29,646 bases of DNA from a virus, in the IMG/VR virus record IMGVR_UViG_2523533538_000001, positions 1 through 29,646 of that record, one strand, 5' to 3'. Of the stretch, positions 1 through 6,292 are shown in pieces. The notes under the pieces are model-generated. The model was not told the DNA's origin. It was given only the letters and a program-made list of their open reading frames with translations, and did no database searches. A program made the translations under genes and the position numbers. Position 1 is the first letter of the stretch, and each line of letters begins with the position of its first letter.

Positions 1-46
1 CTTAAAAAAGTGCCAGAGGTCAAAAGTTCTGATGTGAAACTTGTGT
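1..46. repeat. Left copy of 46-nt direct repeat, putative att core (attL; alternatively the overlap of a circular assembly)
   Basis: cttaaaaaagtgccagaggtcaaaagttctgatgtgaaacttgtgt is identical to 29601-29646. The repeat may extend beyond the window edges. Confidence 0.75.
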
Positions 47-117
47 GGTATCCGGCTTGGTCGCCAGATCGTATGAGTCGTTATGCCAGAATGACACTTG
101 GCATCTCAAACAGTTGA
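1..117 (+). CDS. 3' end (38 codons + TGA) of a DUF59/SufT-like Fe-S cluster assembly protein gene, partial: LKKVPEVKSSDVKLVWYPAWSPDRMSRYARMTLGISNS*
   Basis: Frame 1 is open from the window edge to TGA 115-117. The C-terminal VW.P.W..D.MSRYA...LGI signature is recalled from DUF59/SufT proteins of Firmicutes. Confidence 0.65.
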   Translation, partial: LKKVPEVKSSDVKLVWYPAWSPDRMSRYARMTLGISNS

Positions 118-156
118 TATGACAAGGTTTCTGAGGGGTTTAACAAGTTCAAATTT

Positions 157-208
157 GGGGTATCTAAACCATAAAAATTAGAATTTAGTGTGGTATCCCA
201 ACATAAAA
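157..208 (+). repeat. Two imperfect direct repeats (GGTATC..AAC(C)ATAAAA), candidate arm-type integrase-binding sites
   Basis: ggggtatctaaaccataaaaa (157-177) and gtgtggtatcccaacataaaa (188-208). GTGTGGTATCC also occurs at 43-53 straddling the core edge. A related gggtaccccacataga sits at 29420-29435 in the other arm. Confidence 0.35.
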
Positions 209-265
209 TAAAAAAATAGTTTATCACTTTTCTTGTATACCTAATAAATCAAGGGAGGTGTTTTT

Positions 266-1225
266 TTGAATGAGCTAAGATTGCTAGAAAAAGAATTTTA
301 TTTTAACTGTGAAGCAACGGGATTACAAAACAAAACAATAGTAAGATATAGAAAGTGTTTTAATATCTTTCTAAAGTATTTAGAAGAGAAGTCAGACTAT
401 ATAGAATTAGAGAGCATTACAGCAAATCAGATTAAAGCATTTTTGCTTAGCTTGAAGCACAAAGGCAGAGCAGAGAGTTATTTAAATACACACATCAAAA
501 CAATTAGAGCATTTTATAGATTTTGTGTAGACGAAGAGTACTTAGAACAATCTCAAAATGTTGCGCTGAAAGTTAAATTCTTTAGACAAAAGAAAACGAT
601 TATTAGAACATTCAACGATGATGAAGTATTGCAAATGATTAACGCTTGTGACAGAAGCAAATTTGGTAAGAAAGATTCACTGTTTAGCAAGTATTTATCA
701 CAACGCAACAAATTTATTATTATGCTATTAGCTGACACTGGTCTAAGATGTGATGAGATGTGTCACTTGCGAAATGATGACTTTTCTGAAAACTCAATAT
801 TCGTTGAAAGAGGCAAGAACAACAAAGAAAGACAAGTTTATACATCCTTGCCAGTTATAAATCAGTATTTTAAATATATGCGAATTAAACAGCTTTATTT
901 TAAAGATAAGCTACATGCAGATTATTTGTTGCTGGGCGCTTATGACGGTACAAGGCTATCAGTTAATGCAGTTGAAGGATTAATTAAAAAATTGGGAAAA
1001 CGGTGCAATATTAGAAAAGAAATAAGATGTGCGCCTCATGATTTTAGACACTATGCAGCGATTAAGCTATTACAGCAAACTGATGTATATCAGACTTCAA
1101 GAATCCTAGGACACTCGTCAACTAGAGTTACAGAGATATATTTGCGCAGTATGCAAACAGATCAAATCATAAAAAACACTAGAAATAAGTCACCACTTAG
1201 CCAATTAAAAAAAGGGAGATATTAA
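266..1225 (+). CDS. int: Tyrosine recombinase / phage integrase (XerC/D-like, 319 aa)
   Basis: TTG start 5 nt after AAGGGAGGTG (251-260). Catalytic signature is visible: TGLRCDE (Arg), HDFRHYAA (His-x-x-Arg), GHSSTRVTEIY (His...Tyr). N-terminal SAM-like core-binding domain. Position is adjacent to the att repeat. Confidence 0.9.
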   Translation: MNELRLLEKEFYFNCEATGLQNKTIVRYRKCFNIFLKYLEEKSDYIELESITANQIKAFLLSLKHKGRAESYLNTHIKTIRAFYRFCVDEEYLEQSQNVALKVKFFRQKKTIIRTFNDDEVLQMINACDRSKFGKKDSLFSKYLSQRNKFIIMLLADTGLRCDEMCHLRNDDFSENSIFVERGKNNKERQVYTSLPVINQYFKYMRIKQLYFKDKLHADYLLLGAYDGTRLSVNAVEGLIKKLGKRCNIRKEIRCAPHDFRHYAAIKLLQQTDVYQTSRILGHSSTRVTEIYLRSMQTDQIIKNTRNKSPLSQLKKGRY

Positions 1226-1226
1226 A

Positions 1227-1658
1227 ATGACATATACTAAAATAATCAAAGCAACTAATAACTTATCAATCGACAACGCAATTTTTGGACAAGAACTATT
1301 TTTAATCTCTAACAATGAAAAAGATGAAGTAGCTTTACTAGATGCGTTAAAGAAGTATCTAAACACAAACGCAAATACGACAGGAGACATTAAAGAAGAC
1401 TTGATCAGCATTTTGATTAACAGTGAAGAAGATCATGATAAACTTGCACAAGTATTAAAAGTAGACGACATATCACTAACGCTAGATCAAACGGTAACAG
1501 CATCTGATTTAAATTTTGAAGATAGTTTTGTTTATATAATAGAAGACAATAAAATAAAACAACTAACGCTTGCAGATGCAGAAGAAGAAGTTGAGATTGA
1601 TAAAGATGAATTTGATGCGATTTTAGCAGAGAATGGTATCGACAGCAACAACTATTGA
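1227..1658 (+). CDS. Hypothetical highly acidic protein (143 aa), co-transcribed with int
   Basis: ATG lies 1 nt after the int stop. By my count there are 32 D/E versus 11 K and no R. No family recognised. Confidence 0.7.
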   Translation: MTYTKIIKATNNLSIDNAIFGQELFLISNNEKDEVALLDALKKYLNTNANTTGDIKEDLISILINSEEDHDKLAQVLKVDDISLTLDQTVTASDLNFEDSFVYIIEDNKIKQLTLADAEEEVEIDKDEFDAILAENGIDSNNY

Positions 1659-1718
1659 CACAACAACAAACATATGATATAATGGATACATACAAAGAAG
1701 GAACCCCTGTTTTTTTAA

Positions 1719-1751
1719 GGCTTTTAGCAGAAATGCTAGAGGTCTTTTTTT
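1719..1751 (+). terminator. Rho-independent terminator ending the int-acidic ORF unit
   Basis: Stem cttttagca / tgctagagg (with G-U pairs), loop gaaa, followed by a run of 7 T (1745-1751). Confidence 0.6.
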
Positions 1752-1790
1752 ATGTGTTAATATATATAGTCAAGCGATATACATCATAGA

Positions 1791-2013
1791 AATATTGTAA
1801 TTTTATCTATATAGCTATTTTTTTAATTAGATTGATGCGGTATATCGCAGAGAACTTAAATCCATTTTGAGTAAATATTACTCAAATAGGTCACAAGCGT
1901 CAGTTTATTAAATAGAATATTGTAATTTTATCTGTATAGCTATTTTTATTAATATATAATTATGTAATTTTATCTGTATAGCTATTTATTTATTTCAAAA
2001 ATATGTAATTTTA
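1791..2013 (+). repeat. Iteron-like direct repeats, core TGTAATTTTATCTGTATAGCTATTT, 3 full copies + 1 partial
   Basis: Copies at 1796-1820 (one mismatch), 1921-1945 and 1963-1987 (identical 25-mers), with a partial copy at 2004-2013. The last three are spaced 41-42 bp apart. Copies 1 and 2 extend to 31/32 identity (1791-1822 vs 1916-1947). ATCTGTA half-motifs recur at 2163-2169 and 2174-2180. Confidence 0.8.
1866..1886. repeat. Palindrome TTTGAGTAA-ata-TTACTCAAA between iteron copies 1 and 2 (possible protein-binding site)
   Basis: 9-bp perfect inverted arms separated by 3 nt, lying in ORF-free DNA. Confidence 0.5.
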
Positions 2014-2321
2014 CAGAAATAAGCCCGTTTTTGTGCACTAAGAAACAAAGACATATAAGAAACAAACACAATATAAGAATAAAGAAGAGAGTATAATACT
2101 CTAACTTCACTGCTGACGCAGTTCGTTTACGAGCATCTTAAATTGTCATTAAATAATAATTTATCTGTAACACATCTGTAACCAAAATCATTTCCACCCT
2201 GGCATACTTTTTGGCAATAATAGTGAAGGGGTAAATAATTTATTAAATAGTATGTCAATTGCTTTTTTGAATTATTTAATAAAAATTGAAAAACACAGTG
2301 TTATCAAGGGTTTATTAACTA

Positions 2322-2350
2322 TTGACAAATTTTTAGATATATGTTATAAT
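2322..2350 (+). promoter_or_regulatory. Consensus sigma-A type early promoter
   Basis: TTGACA (2322-2327), 17-nt spacer, TATAAT (2345-2350), with an extended -10 TG at 2342-2343. It lies ~70 nt upstream of the first early ORF. Confidence 0.8.
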
Positions 2351-2418
2351 GAATGTATAATAATGAGAGACCAAAAACTTCACACAAAAGTTTGAAAAAT
2401 ATGCAGGGAGTTTTATAA

Positions 2419-2610
2419 ATGAGACCAATTCAATATACAGCTTTTTATTGCTATGACAAAAAACTATCACTAATGCTAAAAGACAAAGGCTATACACGCT
2501 TAGCAGTTGCAACAAATCAAAGCTCTAATAATCAATTTGCTATTTATGTTAGAGACGAACAATTAGACAAAGAAATAAAACAATACTACAAAACAAATAA
2601 AATTAAATAG
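2419..2610 (+). CDS. Small early protein (63 aa), possibly DUF5659-like
   Basis: AGGGAG (2405-2410) lies 8 nt before the ATG. The pattern F..yd..La..L...Gy.......F.F....L...I..YY resembles small phage DUF5659 proteins as I recall them. Confidence 0.6.
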   Translation: MRPIQYTAFYCYDKKLSLMLKDKGYTRLAVATNQSSNNQFAIYVRDEQLDKEIKQYYKTNKIK

Positions 2611-2623
2611 GAGATTAACAAGC

Positions 2624-3838
2624 ATGAAGTCATTTTACTCGATTACAAATAAGATTTACGATTTACAAGATGCAACAGAATTTGATTATGCGGTAGCAGC
2701 AATGATAGCTACTTACAATTTACCTTTTTCAACAGATGAAGTTGTTGATGAAATAGAAACATTTACATTTACAGTAAATGAAATCTTCACAAGATTAAGA
2801 CTTGACTATGATAACAAAACTTACTACACAAAAAAGATCAGAACATCAATTAAAAAATTACATGATGCAAATGTAATTAATATTTCAAACTATGATCAAA
2901 TTGACTTTAACGATAATAGTAACGAAAACAACAACAATGAAATATTCTATCTTTCACAAGTTGTTGATGAAGCTGGCGAGTATGCAGGCTTTGCTTCATT
3001 GGTCTGTAAAGAGTTGATGAACGCTCTAGAGATACCTAAAATTTCTGATCGCATACAAGCAATTGCATTTTATGTATCTGTCAATCAACGCATCTTCCGT
3101 GCTAAAGCAGAAGACACAAAAGCAGATATTAGCAGATTTATTAACTGGGAATGCATTGCAACAATTGCTAACAAATACGGACGCAGTCGCACAATTGGTT
3201 TGAAGTCATTGCAACAGTTGCAAAAAGTAAAAGCTTTATCATTTGCTATTGTTAAGTTGAACGGTGCTTTAAAAGATGCAGAAAAAAGCAGTACAAAATA
3301 TGTAATTAGCAGATACGAATACAACAACAGTTTAAACGCATATGTAAACGAAAAGCTAAAAGAAGGCTTGTACAAATCAATTGTTGCAAATGCTGAATAT
3401 TTACAAAATGATGAATTAAAAGACGACAGATACTATTACAACGAAGAAGATAAAGAGGCGTTTAATAGTATGAAGCGTGTTAAAAAGGTCGCTACAACGC
3501 AATCTGATGAAGATGAGACGATTGTAGAAAGTACTAAAGAAGATACTAAAGAAGAAGTTAATAATATAGAAGAAACAGAACAAAAAATAGAAAAGGAAGA
3601 TGAAGAATTGGTAGACAAAGAAATAGAGCAAAAACAAAACTTTGATGATTTCGGCGACTTTTTTGCTAGTGAATATGACGATGTGATTAACAAACAAGAA
3701 CAAAAAGTTGAGTTAGTTGATAGCGCAAAAGTTGTACAGTTTAAAAAAGTTGCAAATGAAGAAATTAAAGTTGAAAAAAATAAAGAAGATTTAGAAGCGA
3801 GAATGAAAGCAACGCTTGCAAAAATGGAAGGAAGATAA
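2624..3838 (+). CDS. Early protein (404 aa) with acidic/lysine-rich low-complexity C-terminal third; candidate DNA-binding / replication initiator by position only
   Basis: AGGAG 9 nt upstream of the ATG. The central segment YGRSRTIGLKSLQQLQKVKAL looks helix-turn-helix like. It lies downstream of the iterons. No family recognised. Confidence 0.6.
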   Translation: MKSFYSITNKIYDLQDATEFDYAVAAMIATYNLPFSTDEVVDEIETFTFTVNEIFTRLRLDYDNKTYYTKKIRTSIKKLHDANVINISNYDQIDFNDNSNENNNNEIFYLSQVVDEAGEYAGFASLVCKELMNALEIPKISDRIQAIAFYVSVNQRIFRAKAEDTKADISRFINWECIATIANKYGRSRTIGLKSLQQLQKVKALSFAIVKLNGALKDAEKSSTKYVISRYEYNNSLNAYVNEKLKEGLYKSIVANAEYLQNDELKDDRYYYNEEDKEAFNSMKRVKKVATTQSDEDETIVESTKEDTKEEVNNIEETEQKIEKEDEELVDKEIEQKQNFDDFGDFFASEYDDVINKQEQKVELVDSAKVVQFKKVANEEIKVEKNKEDLEARMKATLAKMEGR

Positions 3839-3842
3839 AAAA

Positions 3843-4028
3843 ATGACTAGAGAAGAATTACTTAAATATGTTAAAACAGAACAAGCTAAGTTAGATGCAG
3901 ACATCAAAAAACGAAAAGAGGCAGACGAACAACAAGACAAACAATTAGATGAACAATTTAAAAATATGCAAAAGCAAATAAATGAGTTAAAAGTCGAAAT
4001 GGACGAACTTAAAAATAGAATGAAGTAA
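3843..4028 (+). CDS. Small coiled-coil protein (61 aa from ATG 3843)
   Basis: GGAAGGAAG ends 8 nt before ATG 3843. The TTG at 3816 given in the ORF track lies inside the previous gene and has no RBS. Confidence 0.6.
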   Translation: MTREELLKYVKTEQAKLDADIKKRKEADEQQDKQLDEQFKNMQKQINELKVEMDELKNRMK

Positions 4029-4040
4029 AAAAAATAAGGG

Positions 4041-4072
4041 GCATCTTCTGTTTAAAAAAATAGCAGAGGTGC
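4041..4072 (+). promoter_or_regulatory. Hairpin that pairs with the Shine-Dalgarno of the next gene
   Basis: gcatcttctg (4041-4050) pairs with cagaggtgc (4064-4072), giving 9 bp with one bulge. The 3' arm contains the SD AGAGGTG, 5 nt before ATG 4077. Confidence 0.4.
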
Positions 4073-4076
4073 AAAA

Positions 4077-4862
4077 ATGCAAGAGTATCAAAAACAAGCA
4101 ATAGAACTAGTAAAAAACGAAAAAATTAAAGAGCGAGTATTTAAAAATGATGGAAGTTGGTCAGTTAATAAAACATGTGCAAAAGCTAATATTGAAAATA
4201 TGTATAAATGTTTTGAAGCAATGTATTTGTTCGATAATTTACTAGAAAAATATAACGAAGTGCCAAATCAAGATTTTTATGTTGAAGAATATATTAAGTT
4301 GTATAGACAAAAAATAAAAACTAATGATCCTTTTATGTTTGAAGTTGGCGATGACTTTATAAATAGTTGCATTAAGTGGCGAGCGGATAGAGCTTATAAA
4401 GCAGCGATAATTGAATTAGTAACACAGGCACAATTAGAAAAAATGGGATATGAAGTAATCGCAGACAAATATTTGGACTGGGTCATGGGCGTTGATATAG
4501 TAGCTTTTAAAGCAAGTAAAATGTGGTTAATACATATCACAAAAGACACAGATTTTAGCAGAGAAAAAATGACTAAAAAGGGAAGTTATAGCGGTTTTAA
4601 AATTAACAAACAATCAGTAAAATTTAGACGAGATTTTACTGAACATGTTGCGCTGTATTATCAAAATGAAGAGTGTAAAGCAAACACAATTGAAAATGGA
4701 CTACCATTTTTTAGATGCAGATACATCAGACAACAGTTAAATGATGATAAAGCGATAGATGTTAATGACGAAGACAACGAGCTTAATCGTTTTGTAAAAC
4801 GAATAAATGAAATTGAAGAATATAGTTTGATGTCAAACAAATTTACATATGTTTTTATGTAA
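4077..4862 (+). CDS. Hypothetical early protein (261 aa)
   Basis: Long ORF with an SD. The segment GVDIVAFK...IHITKD is faintly nuclease-like, but I cannot assign a family. Confidence 0.7.
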   Translation: MQEYQKQAIELVKNEKIKERVFKNDGSWSVNKTCAKANIENMYKCFEAMYLFDNLLEKYNEVPNQDFYVEEYIKLYRQKIKTNDPFMFEVGDDFINSCIKWRADRAYKAAIIELVTQAQLEKMGYEVIADKYLDWVMGVDIVAFKASKMWLIHITKDTDFSREKMTKKGSYSGFKINKQSVKFRRDFTEHVALYYQNEECKANTIENGLPFFRCRYIRQQLNDDKAIDVNDEDNELNRFVKRINEIEEYSLMSNKFTYVFM

Positions 4863-4884
4863 CATATAACAATAAAAATAAGGG

Positions 4885-4914
4885 GCATTCTTTTAATAAA
4901 TCAGAAAAGAGTGC
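4885..4914 (+). promoter_or_regulatory. Second SD-sequestering hairpin, paralogous to 4041-4072
   Basis: gcattctttt (4885-4894) pairs with aaaagagtgc (4905-4914), giving 10 bp including one G-U. It has the same left flank AAAATAAGGGGCAT and the same right flank GTGCAAAAA-ATG as the first copy. Confidence 0.4.
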
Positions 4915-4919
4915 AAAAA

Positions 4920-5822
4920 ATGAAAAAAGAAACAGAATTAAAAAATGAAATAATTGAAAAGTTGCTAAAGTCAAGATGGTTAAATGTTTATACTAAAAAG
5001 TTAAATAAAAAATTTGGTAAGTATGCGACAAAAACAAATGGAATTGAAAGTAATCCTTCAAAAGATTCGCTAATCTCGAATTTATGGGAAAGTTTAGAAA
5101 TATACAATCGCAATCACAGTTTAACTGATGACTATGACAAAATTGAAAAGTATTGTTATCAAAAAGCTTATACAATGACAAGTGATGAATTTGTGAGTGA
5201 AACTGGCAAATTTCGATATGGCAAAAAGAAAGAGTGGGTACAAAGACAAGTTGAGTTTGATGATGTCAAAGCGAATCAAATAGAATGCTGGGACGAGTAT
5301 CCAGTTGAAAATGGGTATGTGTATACAGATAACGAGACTGTTAATAAAGCATATGCGATTGATATATTAGAAAAGCATTTTACTAAGTCGCAAGCAGTGT
5401 TTTGCAAGTCAGTTTTAACTTTGGGGACTAAAGCAACGAGAAAGAATTTTGAACTGACAAAACAGACTTTTAACAATCGTTTTAATCGGACAATTAGAGC
5501 GATTGAGAAGAAGAGACATTTGTATATTGATGAAGTCGTAACTGAAGCAGAAAAAGAGATCAATGACAAATTAGAATTGATTGACAGAGTTATTAAGTAT
5601 GTTGAACAAGAAAATAGTAATGAAGTGCAGTTGTTTAAGTTGCTGTTGAATTTATGGGATAATGAATTGAGATATTTATACTTTGAAACTTTTGGGGATT
5701 ATGAAAAAGAATTAGCATTGATGAATTTTAGAAATAATGACGGACGAAAGCAAGCATATAAATTAATAAACGCAGTTTATGCAGAAAGAGATCAATTGAA
5801 TGATTTGCTGAGGTGTGCGTAA
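4920..5822 (+). CDS. Candidate late-gene transcription regulator with sigma-70 region-4-like HTH (300 aa from ATG 4920)
   Basis: ATG 4920 was chosen by analogy with ...AGAGGTGCAAAAATG at 4077. FTKSQAVFCKSVLTLGTKATRKNFELTKQTFNNRFNRTIRAIEKK resembles sigma region 4, and DSLISNLWESLEIY resembles region 2. It is the next-to-last gene before the late operon. Confidence 0.35.
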   Translation: MKKETELKNEIIEKLLKSRWLNVYTKKLNKKFGKYATKTNGIESNPSKDSLISNLWESLEIYNRNHSLTDDYDKIEKYCYQKAYTMTSDEFVSETGKFRYGKKKEWVQRQVEFDDVKANQIECWDEYPVENGYVYTDNETVNKAYAIDILEKHFTKSQAVFCKSVLTLGTKATRKNFELTKQTFNNRFNRTIRAIEKKRHLYIDEVVTEAEKEINDKLELIDRVIKYVEQENSNEVQLFKLLLNLWDNELRYLYFETFGDYEKELALMNFRNNDGRKQAYKLINAVYAERDQLNDLLRCA

Positions 5823-6037
5823 TGCGTGAAGCTTTAAAGTATATAGACGAACAAATAAAAGAGACTAATACAGCAATAGCAGCAGTGTATCTAGCTAATA
5901 AGTTTTTTGATATTAAGAAAGATGATGAAGCAATTAAAAAGGCTAGTTTAAAAGTTGAAGCGTTAAAAGAAGTGAGATTGAAAATATTAGAAGATATTGC
6001 TTATAATAGCGAATATGAAGAAGTTACAATGTTATGA
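5822..6037 (+). CDS. Small hypothetical protein (71 aa)
   Basis: ATG 5822 overlaps the TAA of the upstream gene (TAATG). GAGGTG ends 6 nt upstream. Confidence 0.6.
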   Translation: MREALKYIDEQIKETNTAIAAVYLANKFFDIKKDDEAIKKASLKVEALKEVRLKILEDIAYNSEYEEVTML

Positions 6038-6079
6038 ATAAAATGATTGTGTTTGTAGTTAAGATGTTGTTAAAGTATG

Positions 6080-6109
6080 TAGACTATTTAAACAAACACA
6101 TGATATAAT
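6080..6109 (+). promoter_or_regulatory. Extended -10 promoter in front of the late region
   Basis: TAGACT (6080-6085), 18-nt spacer, TG-a-TATAAT (6101-6109). Confidence 0.5.
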
Positions 6110-6130
6110 AGTTGTGCGATATTAATAGTG

Positions 6131-6164
6131 AGAGTGTGCAGAAGCATGCTCTTATTTTAATTTT
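6131..6164 (+). terminator. Rho-independent terminator, unit A
   Basis: agagtgtgc / gcatgctct stem with loop agaa, followed by tattttaatttt. It starts ~20 nt downstream of the 6104-6109 -10 box. Confidence 0.6.
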
Positions 6165-6216
6165 AATGATAAGCGTAGTATATAATATAGATGATAACTT
6201 TGCGATGTGTTGTTAG

Positions 6217-6247
6217 AGAGTGTGCGATTGCATACTCTTTTTATTTT
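6217..6247 (+). terminator. Rho-independent terminator, unit B (paralogue of unit A)
   Basis: agagtgtgc / gcatactct stem with loop gatt, followed by tttttatttt. Like unit A it is preceded by a TGCGAT motif, plus a TATAAT at 6181-6186. Confidence 0.6.
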
Positions 6248-6292
6248 GCGTTTAAACTGTATTAGTGTATTAATACAAAGGATAATGATTAT

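Noticed and set aside
1-46. Terminal repeats as transposon or IS ends
   Set aside because: The repeats are direct, not inverted. No transposase is present. A tyrosine integrase sits next to the left copy, and the repeat lies within a conserved host-type gene, as expected for phage att sites.
2251-2394. 47-codon ORF inside the ORF-free control region, and other tiny ORFs such as 1835-1870
   Set aside because: They have no SD, they overlap the consensus promoter, and their composition looks non-coding.
1659-2418. tRNA or other canonical structured RNA gene in the long non-coding regions (also 6038-6292 and 29286-29552)
   Set aside because: I could find no cloverleaf-compatible G+C-rich stems and no conserved T-loop (GTTCRA) motif by eye. 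A tRNA scanner was not available, so this is a weak negative.
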